From assembly GCA_900546565.1 (NCBI GenBank), contig URDC01000001.1, forward strand, positions 83,796 to 147,795: 64,000 bases of DNA. Direction: 5' to 3'. Below are positions 20,799-30,871 of the stretch, one piece after another. Both the position numbers and the translations under genes were made by a program. The DNA is from an uncultured Opitutales bacterium (lineage in GTDB: Bacteria; Verrucomicrobiota; Verrucomicrobiia; Opitutales; Intestinicryptomonadaceae). Every line of letters starts with the position of its first letter. Position 1 is the first letter of the stretch. The notes under the pieces are model-generated. The model was given only the letters and a program-made list of their open reading frames with translations, had not been told where the DNA came from and made no database searches.

Positions 20799-22253
20799 AT
20801 GCTTAGTGCTTTCACAAATTGCTTTAAAATTCCCGAATTGCGTCAGAGAATTCTGCTAACGTTAGGTTTGGTGTTTATTGCGAGAGTGGGCGCGGGCATT
20901 CCTCTGCCGGGGTTAGACCCGACTCCTTTGCAGGCCTATTACGCGTCGGCGGCGTCCGATGCGAGCGGCTTGGCAGGTTTGTATAATATGTTTACTGGCG
21001 GCGCGATGATGAACGGGGCGATTTTCGCCTTGGGCATTATGCCATACATCAGTGCTTCTATTATATTGCAACTTATGGGGGCGGTTATGCCGAGTTTGGC
21101 CAGACTTATGCAGGAAGGCGATTCGGGCAGGCAGAAGATAGCCCAATACACCCGTTATTTGACAATAGCCATCGCCTTGATTCAGGGCGTAATGATTACC
21201 TACGCTTTGGCGTATTCTCCCGAAACGATGTTCTCGGGGTTCGATAAGGCTCAGTTCGGCTCGATAATTGTTTCGAGTAACATGGCGGTATTCTTCATAG
21301 TCAGCGTCATTCTTATGACGACGGGCTGTATGATACTGACGTGGTTGGGCGAGCAAATTACCCAGCGCGGCATAGGCAACGGCGTATCTATCATCATTAC
21401 TGTCGGTATTATCGACACTCTCCCGGGGGCGGTATCTCAGGCGTGGAATATGGTTTTTGCCAGAGCTGTCGGCGCGGAAAGCGCGTCGATGGGCGTTCCG
21501 CAGGCTGTGGTTATGCTCGTGCTTTTGGGGGTTGTAACGGCGGCGATAATCATGATTTTGCAGGCGGTTAGAAAAATCCCCGTGCAATATGCAAAACGCG
21601 TTGTCGGCAGAAGGATTATGGGCGGTCAAAGCTCGTATTTGCCTTTGAAGGTCAACTACGCGGGCGTTATGCCGATCATATTTGCAAGCGCGTTGATGTT
21701 GTTCCCGCAGCAGATATTCGGACAGTTCAACATCTCGACTTACAGCCTGATTTACGGCGCGTTGGTCTTTGTATTCAGCTATTTTTGGGTCTCTATTATG
21801 TTTAAGCCGTTACAGATTTCGGACGAGCTTAAACGCAATAGCGGCTATATCCCGGGGGTTCGCCCCGGCGAAAACACCGCAAAATTCCTCGATTATGTGA
21901 TGACGCGCTTGACAATGGCGGGCGCAATATTCTTGGTTATAATTGCGGTCTTGCCCCAGATTTTGATGTCGTATTGGGGCATTCCCTCGAAAATTGCGCA
22001 TTTCTTCGGCGGCACGGGCGCGCTTATCGCGGTAGGTGTTTCGTTGGACACAATGCGTCAGGTCGAGACTTATCTGTTGCAGCGTCACTACGACGGCTTC
22101 CTGAAAAAGGGAAGAATCCGCGGGCGCAGCGTGGGGCAAACCCGCCAGATGCTCGATACGAGCGAGGTTAAAAACATTTGGTCTTTGTTGTCGGTTATGG
22201 CCGCATTTTATGTGGTCGGACTGGCGGCGTGGGCAATACGTTCGTTCGCCTAA
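20799..22253 (+). CDS. secY: preprotein translocase subunit SecY
   Basis: 484 aa polytopic membrane protein at the canonical position after rplO. Confidence 0.93.
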   Translation: MLSAFTNCFKIPELRQRILLTLGLVFIARVGAGIPLPGLDPTPLQAYYASAASDASGLAGLYNMFTGGAMMNGAIFALGIMPYISASIILQLMGAVMPSLARLMQEGDSGRQKIAQYTRYLTIAIALIQGVMITYALAYSPETMFSGFDKAQFGSIIVSSNMAVFFIVSVILMTTGCMILTWLGEQITQRGIGNGVSIIITVGIIDTLPGAVSQAWNMVFARAVGAESASMGVPQAVVMLVLLGVVTAAIIMILQAVRKIPVQYAKRVVGRRIMGGQSSYLPLKVNYAGVMPIIFASALMLFPQQIFGQFNISTYSLIYGALVFVFSYFWVSIMFKPLQISDELKRNSGYIPGVRPGENTAKFLDYVMTRLTMAGAIFLVIIAVLPQILMSYWGIPSKIAHFFGGTGALIAVGVSLDTMRQVETYLLQRHYDGFLKKGRIRGRSVGQTRQMLDTSEVKNIWSLLSVMAAFYVVGLAAWAIRSFA

Positions 22254-22305
22254 TCCGAAAGGGTCGGGACGGAAGGAACAATTCGTTCTTTATATTAGAT
22301 AAATA

Positions 22306-23088
22306 TTGATAGATTGTATGATACCGATAAAATCCGAAAGAGATTTGCGTATTATGCGTAGGGCTTGCGCCGTTGCGGCAAAGATCTTGGACAGACTTTG
22401 CCAAATGGCGGAAGAGGGAATCTCGACTTGGGAGCTTGATCAGGCTGCCAAGTCTTTTATGTCCGAATACGGCGCGAGGAGTGCTTGTTATAAATACAAG
22501 TGCGACACGTTGCGGTATCCCGGTTATGTCTGCATTTCGGTAAACGACGAAGTTATACACGGAATCGGCCGAAAAGACGTGATTCTGAAATCGGGCGACA
22601 TTGTCAGCTTCGACGTGAGCGTAATCTATCAGGGCTTTGTGGGCGACAATACGCGAACTGTCTGCATCGGCGAGGTTTCGCAAGACGTCAAAAATCTTGT
22701 GGAGGCAACCGACAAGGCACTCCGTTTGGGAATCGCACAAGCAAGACAGGGCAACAGGGTCGGGGACATCTCGGCCGCCATTCAAAAATATGTAGAGTCT
22801 TGCGGATACGGTATTGTCGAGGAATTTACGGGGCACGGCGTTGGCAAGCATATGCACGAAGAACCCCAAATTCCGAACTACGGCAAAGCTGGCACTGGGC
22901 CGCTTCTGAAAGCGGGTATGACTTTGGCGATTGAGCCGATGATTACTATGGGAAGTGCCGAAATATTTATCGGAGATGACGGCTGGACGGTCTACACGTC
23001 AGACGGCAAACCGAGTTGCCATATGGAACATACGGTGCTCGTTACAGACGGAGAGCCGGAAATTCTGACGCTTCCGACAAATTTCTAA
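22306..23088 (+). CDS. map: type I methionine aminopeptidase
   Basis: 260 aa with the MetAP metal-ligand motifs ([21 protein letters not shown]...H, EPMIT). The true start may be the internal Met a few codons in (MIPIKSE). Confidence 0.9.
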   Translation: MIDCMIPIKSERDLRIMRRACAVAAKILDRLCQMAEEGISTWELDQAAKSFMSEYGARSACYKYKCDTLRYPGYVCISVNDEVIHGIGRKDVILKSGDIVSFDVSVIYQGFVGDNTRTVCIGEVSQDVKNLVEATDKALRLGIAQARQGNRVGDISAAIQKYVESCGYGIVEEFTGHGVGKHMHEEPQIPNYGKAGTGPLLKAGMTLAIEPMITMGSAEIFIGDDGWTVYTSDGKPSCHMEHTVLVTDGEPEILTLPTNF

Positions 23089-23210
23089 GCGAAATTGTCG
23101 TGCGAAAGGTTTTCGGAGAAAATGAAAAATTTATAAAAAGGCAAAAAAAGTCTTTTCAAAACAAAAAAAAATTGTCATATTGGACAGTCTTTTTTAACAG
23201 AAATATAAAT

Positions 23211-23585
23211 ATGCCAAGATTACTCGGAGTAGATATTCCCAATGACAAGCGTGTAGAATACGCTTTAAGATACATCTATGGTATCGGTCCGGCCCGCGCA
23301 AAGATTATTTGCAAGGACTGCGGCATACCTGAACAAATGCGCGCCAACGAGCTGACGGAAGAACTAATCAACAAGATTATGAATGTCGTCGCCGAACGCC
23401 AATACAAGATTGAAGGCGACCTTCGTCGCGAAATCGTGGGCAACCTCAAACGCCTTACGGCAATCAAATCATACCGCGGCTTGCGCCACGCAAAGGGCTT
23501 GCCCGTCCGCGGCCAGCGCACGAGCACAAATGCCAGAACGCGCAAGGGCGCACGCAAGACTGTCGGCGTCGTAACAAAGAAGTAA
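23211..23585 (+). CDS. rpsM: 30S ribosomal protein S13
   Basis: Begins [26 protein letters not shown]..., canonical S13. The ATG at 23211 is in frame with the tabulated ORF 23016..23585, which overlaps the map 3' end. Confidence 0.93.
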   Translation: MPRLLGVDIPNDKRVEYALRYIYGIGPARAKIICKDCGIPEQMRANELTEELINKIMNVVAERQYKIEGDLRREIVGNLKRLTAIKSYRGLRHAKGLPVRGQRTSTNARTRKGARKTVGVVTKK

Positions 23586-23595
23586 AGGTTCACAG

Positions 23596-24102
23596 ATGAG
23601 CGAAGAAGAAAAGAAACAACAAGAAGTTGCCGCAGCAGCCGCGCAGGCTCCCGAAGCGGCCACCGAAGAAACAAAGCCTTCACAGCCCAGCGCGAGCGAT
23701 TTGCTTTCGGCCGATGTCGGCGAAATCAAGGTTCGCAAGGCCAAGGGCAGCAAGAATGTCCACTCGGGCGTATGCCACATAAACGCGACTTTCAACAACA
23801 CGAAGGTGTCGTTCACGGACGCGCAGGGCAATGTTATTAGCTGGTCGAGCGCAGGCAAGATGAGCTTCCGCGGCTCGCGTAAGAGCACGGCTTATGCCGC
23901 TCAGGTCGTTACGCAGGACGCAGGCAAAGTCGCAATGAGCCACGGTATGAAGGAAGTTGCCGTCGACGTCAAAGGCCCCGGTATGGGTCGCGATTCGGCT
24001 ATCCGCTCGTTGCAGGCTTTGGGCTTTATAGTAACATCCATCACGGACGTAACGCCGGTTCCGCACAACGGTTGCCGCGCGCCGAAACGTCGTCGCGTAT
24101 AA
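23596..24102 (+). CDS. rpsK: 30S ribosomal protein S11 with a ~40-aa acidic/Ala-rich N-terminal extension
   Basis: The C-terminal 128 aa are canonical S11 (...[18 protein letters not shown]). The N-terminal [25 protein letters not shown]... has no S11 counterpart. An internal non-ATG start cannot be excluded. Confidence 0.88.
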   Translation: MSEEEKKQQEVAAAAAQAPEAATEETKPSQPSASDLLSADVGEIKVRKAKGSKNVHSGVCHINATFNNTKVSFTDAQGNVISWSSAGKMSFRGSRKSTAYAAQVVTQDAGKVAMSHGMKEVAVDVKGPGMGRDSAIRSLQALGFIVTSITDVTPVPHNGCRAPKRRRV

Positions 24103-24126
24103 TAAGCAGATAGGAGAATTTTAGTT

Positions 24127-24735
24127 ATGTCTCGTTATACAGGACCTACAACAAAAATCAACCGCCGCTTCGGTATGGCGTTGTTCCCCGCGAACAAGGC
24201 GATGACGAAGAAACCGTATATCCCCGGTCAGCACGGCCCGCGTTTGCGCCGCCGCGTAACAAACTACTCGACTGGTTTGAACGAAAAGCAGAAGCTCCGC
24301 TTTATGTACGGTTTGAGCGAAAAGCAATTCCGCCTCACGTTCGAAAGGGCAAAGCGTCAGCGCGGTATCACGGGCGAAATTTTTATGCAGTTGCTCGAAG
24401 TCCGTTTGGACAACATCATCTACCTTTTGGGTTTTGCGTCTACGCGTAAGGCTGCCCGCCAGTTCGTAACGCACGGACACGTTCAGGTTAATGGCAAAAA
24501 GGTCGATATCCCGAGCTACTCGTGCAAACCCGGAGACGTTGTCGAAGTTCGCGACAGAGCGTCCTCGCGCCAGTTGGCGCAGAAAGCTTTGGACGAATCG
24601 CAGCTCAAAGCAGCTCCCGCATGGATTGACAGAGTTGACGAAGCCTACCGTGGCACAATCAGCCGTTTGCCGATTCGCGACGAAATGGATAAATCCATCA
24701 ACGACCAGCTTATCGTTGAATTCTACTCGCGATAG
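24127..24735 (+). CDS. rpsD: 30S ribosomal protein S4
   Basis: 202 aa beginning MSRYTGPTTKINRRFG..., canonical S4. Confidence 0.94.
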   Translation: MSRYTGPTTKINRRFGMALFPANKAMTKKPYIPGQHGPRLRRRVTNYSTGLNEKQKLRFMYGLSEKQFRLTFERAKRQRGITGEIFMQLLEVRLDNIIYLLGFASTRKAARQFVTHGHVQVNGKKVDIPSYSCKPGDVVEVRDRASSRQLAQKALDESQLKAAPAWIDRVDEAYRGTISRLPIRDEMDKSINDQLIVEFYSR

Positions 24736-24766
24736 TAATTAACCAATAATAGAAACGGAGAAGACA

Positions 24767-25765
24767 ATGGCAAAACGCCTCGGTAAATTTGAACTCCCCA
24801 AGCGTCTCGTAAAAGACGAAGCAAGTGCCACAAGCACATATGCGAAGTATGTAGCGGACCCCTTCGAAACAGGTTTCGGCCACACGATAGGCAATGCGCT
24901 ACGCCGCGTTCTTCTTAGTTCGATTGAAGGTGCAGCTATCAGCTCGATAAAAATCGACGGTGTCGACCACGAATTCCAAAGCGTGGACGGCATAGTCGAA
25001 GACGTAACGGACATTGTGCTCAACTTGAAGAAAATCAAGTTAATCAGCCATTCGCGTGAAAACAAGCGTTTGATGATTGACACCGACAAGGAGGGTGCAA
25101 TTACCGCTGCCGATATTCAACAAGACGCCGACATCACGGTTGTGAATCCCGAACAGGTGATTTGCACTCTGGATTCGAAGCGCAAATTCCACGCCGAAGT
25201 CGAGATTTCGTGCGGCAGGGGATGGCGCCCGGCGGAGGAAAACAAGCTTGAAGACCAGGCAATCGGTGTTATTCCGATTGACTCGCTTTTCAGCCCGATT
25301 GAGCTCGTCAAGTACACGGTCGATGCAACGCGCGTCGGTCAAATGACGGATTTCGACAAGCTCACGCTTGAAATCTGGACTGACGGTAGAATCACTCCCG
25401 ACGAAGCTTTGAAAGAAGCCGCCGTCATCTTGAAGCATCATATCGACGTCTTCGATAGCGTAAATCAGGAAAATATCGAGTTCGAAACGGCGGGCAAGGA
25501 AGTCAGCGAAGAACAGAACAGACTCAGAAAGCTCCTCAATATGAGCGTCAACGAAATCGAGTTGTCTGTCCGCGCGGCGAACTGCCTGAACAACGCCAAT
25601 ATTACAACCGTCGGCGAACTGGCGATGAAATCCGAACAGGAAATGCTCAAATACCGCAATTTCGGCAAGAAATCTTTGAACGAAATCAAGAGCAAATTGG
25701 AACAGTTGGGATTGTCGCTTGGCATGAAAATCGACGGAAGCTTGATAGATTCAACAACACTCTAA
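24767..25765 (+). CDS. rpoA: DNA-directed RNA polymerase alpha subunit
   Basis: 332 aa with the alpha NTD and CTD (NEIELSVRAANCL). Confidence 0.94.
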   Translation: MAKRLGKFELPKRLVKDEASATSTYAKYVADPFETGFGHTIGNALRRVLLSSIEGAAISSIKIDGVDHEFQSVDGIVEDVTDIVLNLKKIKLISHSRENKRLMIDTDKEGAITAADIQQDADITVVNPEQVICTLDSKRKFHAEVEISCGRGWRPAEENKLEDQAIGVIPIDSLFSPIELVKYTVDATRVGQMTDFDKLTLEIWTDGRITPDEALKEAAVILKHHIDVFDSVNQENIEFETAGKEVSEEQNRLRKLLNMSVNEIELSVRAANCLNNANITTVGELAMKSEQEMLKYRNFGKKSLNEIKSKLEQLGLSLGMKIDGSLIDSTTL

Positions 25766-25782
25766 TTTAGAAATTAAACAAA

Positions 25783-26364
25783 ATGCGTCATCAAAAACAC
25801 AGACATCAGTTGGGCGTAAAAAAAGAACACCGCCAAGCCATTATGGCTTCGTTGGCGTCGGCTCTTTTCCGCCACGATAAAATTCAGACAACTCTCGGAT
25901 ACGCAAAGGCACTTCGTCCTTTTGCGGAAAAAATGATTACTTTGGCAAAGAAGGCTGCCGCCACCGACGACACCGCCAAGAAACTTCACCTGCGCCGTCA
26001 GGCGTTGTCGAAGATTCGCGACGTCAGCGCGGTTCACTTCCTCTTTGCCGAAAAGGTTTCGAAGTTCCTCAAACGCGAAGGCGGTTACACCCGCATTTAC
26101 AAGCTTGTAAAGCGCACGGGCGACGCCGCGGATATGGCGATTATCGAGCTTATCGAAGCCGACGACAAAGGCTACAAGGCTGCCCCCACGAAGGCTGAAA
26201 AGCCCGCCGCAGAAGCCGCCAAAGCTCCCGTAGCGGAGGAAACCCCCGCGGCGGAAGAAGCCAAGAAACCCGCCAAGAAAACCGCTACAAAGAAAGCGGC
26301 TGCCAAAAAGACGGCTACTAAAAAGGCCGCCAAGAAGGCTGCGGGCGCGGAAACAAAGGAATAA
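25783..26364 (+). CDS. rplQ: 50S ribosomal protein L17 with a ~70-aa Lys/Ala/Glu-rich, histone H1-like C-terminal tail
   Basis: The N-terminal ~120 aa are L17-like (MRHQKHRHQLGVKKEHR...). The C-terminus is built of AAKK/PAAE repeats. Confidence 0.9.
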   Translation: MRHQKHRHQLGVKKEHRQAIMASLASALFRHDKIQTTLGYAKALRPFAEKMITLAKKAAATDDTAKKLHLRRQALSKIRDVSAVHFLFAEKVSKFLKREGGYTRIYKLVKRTGDAADMAIIELIEADDKGYKAAPTKAEKPAAEAAKAPVAEETPAAEEAKKPAKKTATKKAAAKKTATKKAAKKAAGAETKE

Positions 26365-26382
26365 TCGATCTTTTATCGAATT

Positions 26383-26422
26383 GTCAAACGCACTCGCCAA
26401 TAACGGGTGCGTTTGTGTTTTT
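26383..26422 (+). terminator. intrinsic terminator after rplQ
   Basis: AAACGCACtcgccaataacgGGTGCGTTT hairpin followed by TGTTTTTT. Confidence 0.6.
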
Positions 26423-26427
26423 TCACA

Positions 26428-26652
26428 ATGAGTCTTTCGGTTTATTTCGCGTGGATATTGGTTTCGGCAATTTTGATTGTCGCGGCGTGGTCGCTTTGGG
26501 CGGCGGCAAAACACAGGAAAGTTTACGAAAAGATTTCGAAAACCTCCACATTCTACTGCCTGAAATGCGATTCGGTCTACGTTTCGCGAGAGGGCGAAAA
26601 GGCGAAGGCGTGTCCGAAATGCGGATACAAAAACGCCGAAATGAAATTTTAA
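26428..26652 (+). CDS. hypothetical small membrane protein with a C-terminal zinc-ribbon (CxxC...CxxC)
   Basis: ~74 aa with one hydrophobic helix ([21 protein letters not shown]) followed by CLKCDS...CPKCG. The tabulated ORF starts at 26407 inside the rplQ terminator, so the Met at 26428 is the more likely start. I see no obvious Shine-Dalgarno (SD). Confidence 0.4.
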   Translation: MSLSVYFAWILVSAILIVAAWSLWAAAKHRKVYEKISKTSTFYCLKCDSVYVSREGEKAKACPKCGYKNAEMKF

Positions 26653-26674
26653 CATACAATCCGTAAATATCATT

Positions 26675-28216
26675 ATGAATCAAAAGATAGCTGTTTTAGA
26701 TTTCGGTTCGCAATATACGCAGGTCATAGCGCGCAGAATCCGCGAGTTGAACGTGTATTCGGAGATTATGCCGTTCAACACAAAGGCGTCGGTGCTCAAA
26801 AAGCAGGGCGTTTGCGGCGTAATTCTTTCGGGCGGTCCCGCCAGCGTTTTGGCGAAAGGTTCGCCGCGTCCCGACCCGAAGGTTTTCGAGCTCGGAGTGC
26901 CCGTGCTCGGCATTTGCTACGGATTGCAGCTGATGGGTAAAATGCTCGGCGGCGCGGTGGTTTCGAGCAAGCAGCGCGAATACGGGTTGGGAAAATTGTC
27001 GTTTACGGAGTCGGATAGCGATTTGCTCAAAGGGATAAAGTCGCCGATTCAGGTTTGGAATTCGCACGGCGACAGAATGGACAAGCTCCCGACGGGGTTC
27101 AAGGCGATTGGCACGACCGAAAATTCTTCGTGCGCGCTTATCGAAAACAAGGCGAAGCGTTTTTACGGAATGCAGTTCCACCCCGAAGTCGCGCACACGC
27201 CGCGCGGCATTGAAATCATCAAGAATTTCCTCTACAACATTTGCGGTTGCACGGGCGACTGGAAAATGTCGGACTATGTCGAAACGTCGATTAAGCGCAT
27301 TCGCGAAACTGTCGGCGACAAGAAGGTTATTTTGGGTCTTAGCGGCGGCGTGGACTCGTCGGTGGCGGCGGCTCTTATCCACAAGGCTATCGGCGAGCAG
27401 CTCACCTGCGTGTTTGTCGACAACGGTTTGTTGCGCAAGGACGAACGCAAGAAGGTTGAAGCACTTTTCAAGAACAATTTCAAAATCAAGATGAAGACCG
27501 TTCGAGCCGAAAAGCTTTTCCTCGGGCGTCTCAAAGGCGTGAAAGACCCCGAGCGCAAGCGCAAGATTATCGGAAAGACGTTTATCGAGGTCTTTGACAA
27601 GGCGGTTAAATCAATTGGTCAGGTCGATTTCTTGGCGCAGGGGACACTGTATCCCGACGTTATTGAGAGTGTGCCGATTGCGGGGAATCCCGCCTCGCTC
27701 ATCAAGAGCCACCACAATGTCGGCGGGTTGCCGAAGAAAATGAAGCTCAAATTGCTCGAACCCCTCCGTGAGCTCTTCAAGGACGAAGTTCGCGCGCTCG
27801 GCAAAGAGCTTGGGCTTTCGAAGGAGGTTTTGTGGCGTCATCCGTTCCCTGGGCCGGGTCTTGGTGTTCGTGTTGTCGGCGAGGTCAAAAAGTCTTACTG
27901 CGACGTTCTGCGCGAAGCCGATGCCATTCTTATGGAGGAAATGTATGCAAGCGGTCTTTATTATGGTTTATGGCAGGCGTTTGCGGTATTTGTTCCCGTC
28001 AAGACTGTCGGTGTAATGGGTGATGAGCGCACGTATGACAATGTTATTGCCTTGCGCATTGTCGAAAGTCAGGACGCTATGACTGCCGACTGGGCGCACG
28101 TTCCCCACGACATTTTAGGCAAGATTTCCAATCGAATTATCAATGAGGTCAAAGGTGTCAATCGTGTGGTTCTCGACATTTCTTCGAAGCCTCCTGCGAC
28201 AATCGAATGGGAATAA
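26675..28216 (+). CDS. guaA: GMP synthase (glutamine-hydrolysing)
   Basis: 513 aa with the class-I GATase domain (GICYGLQ, HPE) and the ATP-PPase SGGVDSS motif. Confidence 0.95.
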   Translation: MNQKIAVLDFGSQYTQVIARRIRELNVYSEIMPFNTKASVLKKQGVCGVILSGGPASVLAKGSPRPDPKVFELGVPVLGICYGLQLMGKMLGGAVVSSKQREYGLGKLSFTESDSDLLKGIKSPIQVWNSHGDRMDKLPTGFKAIGTTENSSCALIENKAKRFYGMQFHPEVAHTPRGIEIIKNFLYNICGCTGDWKMSDYVETSIKRIRETVGDKKVILGLSGGVDSSVAAALIHKAIGEQLTCVFVDNGLLRKDERKKVEALFKNNFKIKMKTVRAEKLFLGRLKGVKDPERKRKIIGKTFIEVFDKAVKSIGQVDFLAQGTLYPDVIESVPIAGNPASLIKSHHNVGGLPKKMKLKLLEPLRELFKDEVRALGKELGLSKEVLWRHPFPGPGLGVRVVGEVKKSYCDVLREADAILMEEMYASGLYYGLWQAFAVFVPVKTVGVMGDERTYDNVIALRIVESQDAMTADWAHVPHDILGKISNRIINEVKGVNRVVLDISSKPPATIEWE

Positions 28217-28575
28217 TTTTATAGTTTCGAAAGGGGCGGCGGTTGCCAACGGCAATCCCGCCTTTGACTATTTATTAAAGTAAAGCAGTTATTGCGAAGC
28301 AATCTGCGCCACTTCACAACATTTAAAATACCCTCGACGGAGAGCGGGGTGCTTTGCCCCCGAGGTTGAATTGGCGAAGCCAAGAGCTGAGCGACGATAA
28401 GAGCGAGTTAACTCCTACCCGCGAAGTATTTCCGTCCTTCCCCCGTTTGGTAAAGCAGTTATTGCGAAGCAATCTGCGCCACTTCACAACATTTAAAATT
28501 TTTCGAAAGAGGCGGCGATTGCCAAAGGCAATCCCTCCTTTGTTTATTTATTGAAGTCGTATCTATAAATAAATC
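28217..28575. repeat. mosaic intergenic repeat region: two 54-bp direct repeats (28277-28330 and 28446-28499) plus a shared 42-bp module and small GC hairpins
   Basis: TAAAGCAGTTATTGCGAAGCAATCTGCGCCACTTCACAACATTTAAAAT occurs twice. TTGAATTGGCGAAGCCAAGAGCTGAGCGACGATAAGAGCG (28366-28407) recurs at 37657-37696 and, reverse-complemented, at 42447-42488. The 54-bp repeat recurs reverse-complemented and diverged at ~34120-34165. Confidence 0.85.
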
Positions 28576-28580
28576 CACTC

Positions 28581-28616
28581 AAAACTCCTCACGGTTTTCA
28601 CGCGAGGAGTTTTTTA
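28581..28616 (+). terminator. intrinsic terminator for guaA, overlapping the 3' end of the convergent yggU-like gene
   Basis: AAAACTCCTCacggttttcacgCGAGGAGTTTTTT. Confidence 0.6.
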
Positions 28617-28852
28617 AGAACGTTTTCGGCGTCGATTTCGACAAGTTTATCGCGGGCGGTTTCGCCTGTGCGGATTATTATGGCATTTTTTTGCACGCCC
28701 AATGTTTTTGACAGAAATTTTATGAGTTCCGCGTTTGCTTTGCCGTCGACTGCCTGTGCTGCGATTTTGATTTTTACGGCGTCGCCATACATTCCGACGC
28801 ACTGGCTTTTGGGCGCGTTCGGAACGACTCGAATTTTGATTATTTCCGACAT
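28598..28852 (-). CDS. DUF167/YggU-family protein
   Basis: 84 aa with the characteristic VKPNAKK-like motif (RVVPNAPKS...VDGKANAELIKFLSKTLGV). Confidence 0.8.
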   Translation of the reverse strand: MSEIIKIRVVPNAPKSQCVGMYGDAVKIKIAAQAVDGKANAELIKFLSKTLGVQKNAIIIRTGETARDKLVEIDAENVLKKLLA

Positions 28853-28896
28853 TTTATATCAGGCGCTGTGGCGCGTTTTTGCGGTGTCGCGGCAGC

Positions 28897-29952
28897 TTAC
28901 ATCGGGTAGCTGCCGAGCCACTTAACCATAGGCAGGGAATATTTGAGGTATGATGCGACATCGCGCACCTTTTCGTCTTCCCAATGGCCCTCGAAGTCGA
29001 TGAAAAAGAAGTAGTCCCACGCCTTTTTATGGGTCGGGCGCGATTCGATTCTCAGAAGGTTGATGTCGGCCTTTTCGAACGGCGAGATGACTTCTCCGAG
29101 CGCGCCAGGGCGGTCGTTAATCGAAACGACAATGCTTGTGCGGTAACGCACGCCCCGCGCGGGTTTGTCTGATTTTTTGCCGATTACGAGGAAGCGCGTT
29201 TGGTTGTCCTTTTTGTCCTGAATGGAATGTTCGAGAATCGGAACGTCGTAGCAGGGAGACGCGACCTCGCTTGCGATTGCTGCGATTTCGGGGTTTTCCA
29301 CCGCCATACGGACTGCGGTTGTGGTGCTGTCGACCGACTCCAACTGGACATTCGGCAGGTTGCGGTGCAGCCAGCCGCGGCACTGTCCGATTGCCTGGTC
29401 TTTGGAGCAGACTTTGCGGATAGTTTCCAAGCTGCCGCGCGAAAGCAGGCAATGCTCGATGGGCAAATAGATTTGTCCGACAATCATCAGCGAAGTTTCG
29501 GCGAGCATATCAATCGAGTGCAGAACCGCGCCCTCGGTTGAATTTTCAATCGGGATAACGCCGTAATCGGCATCGTTTGCCTGAACGGCTATGAACACGT
29601 CGGGGATTGACGGCATCGGTGAATACGCGACGCTCGAACCGAAATTTTTTATCGCCGCCTGATTCGTGAAAGTGGCTTTCGGCCCGAGGTAGGCGACGCG
29701 CAAACGCTTTTCCGCCGAAATCGACGCCGAGATTATTTCGCGGAAGATTGACTTCAACGCTTGTTCGTCGATTTTCCCTGCGTTCTTTTTGATCAGGTTT
29801 TCGAAGACGGTTTTTTCGCGGCTGGGCACGTAGATATCGTCGCCCGCGGCGGATTTTATCTTGCCGATTTCTCTGGCGCACGAAATGCGTTTTACCAGAA
29901 GTTCCAAAATTTGCGTGTCGATAGAATCGATTTCTTTTCTGAATGAATCCAC
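28897..29952 (-). CDS. pheA: bifunctional chorismate mutase / prephenate dehydratase (P-protein)
   Basis: CM domain (VDSFRKEIDSIDTQILELLVKR), PDT domain (AYLGPKATFTNQAA...) and C-terminal ACT domain. The tabulated ORF extends to 30132 and would overlap scpB by ~160 nt. I prefer the GTG at 29952 (QT-V-DSF), preceded by an AAGG, but the start is uncertain. Confidence 0.85.
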   Translation of the reverse strand: MDSFRKEIDSIDTQILELLVKRISCAREIGKIKSAAGDDIYVPSREKTVFENLIKKNAGKIDEQALKSIFREIISASISAEKRLRVAYLGPKATFTNQAAIKNFGSSVAYSPMPSIPDVFIAVQANDADYGVIPIENSTEGAVLHSIDMLAETSLMIVGQIYLPIEHCLLSRGSLETIRKVCSKDQAIGQCRGWLHRNLPNVQLESVDSTTTAVRMAVENPEIAAIASEVASPCYDVPILEHSIQDKKDNQTRFLVIGKKSDKPARGVRYRTSIVVSINDRPGALGEVISPFEKADINLLRIESRPTHKKAWDYFFFIDFEGHWEDEKVRDVASYLKYSLPMVKWLGSYPM

Positions 29953-29968
29953 GGTTTGCCTTTTGTTT

Positions 29969-30871
29969 TTAGGGTTGGTCTGGTTGTGCTGTGGGGGTGT
30001 TGTTCGCGCTTGTGTTCGAGCTGTCCCGCGCGGGCTCGGCGGCGACATTAGTGCCGTCAGTGCCGTTTGTGTCAGTTGTATCAGTTGTGTCTGCGGAAGT
30101 CTGTTCGTCTTCGTCCTCCGAGGGCAACCCAACGTCTTCGTCTTTGGGGGCGGGCGCGCTTGCGCGTTTAATCCACTCCGAGATTTGGTTGGGGCTTAGA
30201 ACGTCCGACGACGGCAATTCTTCGAGGCTGTTGACTCCCACGAAGTCCAAAAAAATCTGCGTTGTCGAATACTGTATCGGACGCCCCGGCAAGTCGGCGC
30301 GGCCGCTTATGAAAATCAGGTCTTTTTCGGACAGGCGCGAAATTGCGCTGTCTGCGCTCACTCCGCGGATTGCCTCGATTTCGGCGCGGGTGACGGGCTG
30401 TCGGTAGGCGACAATCGCAAGCGTTTCGAGCGCGGCGCGCGAAAGCCGCTGCGGACGCGGGTCGTTGCGCAAAAGGCGCACCCAGTTGGAGTATTCCTTC
30501 GAGATTACGAGTTTGAAGCCCGACGCGCTTTGCACGAGGCGGAAAACCTCTCTTGCCTCGTCGAGTTCGGCGGCGATTTCCTCCATAGCCTCGCGGATTT
30601 GCGTTGCCGTCAGCAGTGTGGGGACTTGGGCGATGATGTCTTCGATGATGCCCTGTTCGTCGTCGGCGACAACCTCCGAGATTTCGTTTTCGTCGCGCGG
30701 TTGCGACTTGTCGGCGTTGTCGTTTTCGGCGTGGTAGCGGGCTATTACGGACTGGATATCCTTAATTGTAAGCGGCTCGTTCGTCGAAAACATCAGCGAC
30801 TTTAAAATCTTTTTCAGGTTGAAGCTCATAATAAAAATTTTGCTCCATAATGAACCAATCGCGCAAAACAC
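29969..30871 (-). CDS. scpB: segregation and condensation protein B with a ~60-aa acidic/Thr-rich C-terminal tail
   Basis: The N-terminal ~200 aa show tandem winged-helix ScpB signatures ([11 protein letters not shown]..., [30 protein letters not shown]). The tail is [22 protein letters not shown]... Confidence 0.85.
   Translation of the reverse strand: MFCAIGSLWSKIFIMSFNLKKILKSLMFSTNEPLTIKDIQSVIARYHAENDNADKSQPRDENEISEVVADDEQGIIEDIIAQVPTLLTATQIREAMEEIAAELDEAREVFRLVQSASGFKLVISKEYSNWVRLLRNDPRPQRLSRAALETLAIVAYRQPVTRAEIEAIRGVSADSAISRLSEKDLIFISGRADLPGRPIQYSTTQIFLDFVGVNSLEELPSSDVLSPNQISEWIKRASAPAPKDEDVGLPSEDEDEQTSADTTDTTDTNGTDGTNVAAEPARDSSNTSANNTPTAQPDQP

Noticed and set aside
28354-28554. Small ORFs translating the shared 42-bp module (..LNWRSQELSDDKSELTP.. 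here, and ..LTLNWRSQELSDGRSVLKS.. at 42305-42529)
   Set aside because: The apparent conserved peptide is simply the same DNA repeat read in the same frame. The ORFs are bounded by repeat edges, lack an RBS and run through terminator hairpins. This is better explained as a non-coding repeat module.
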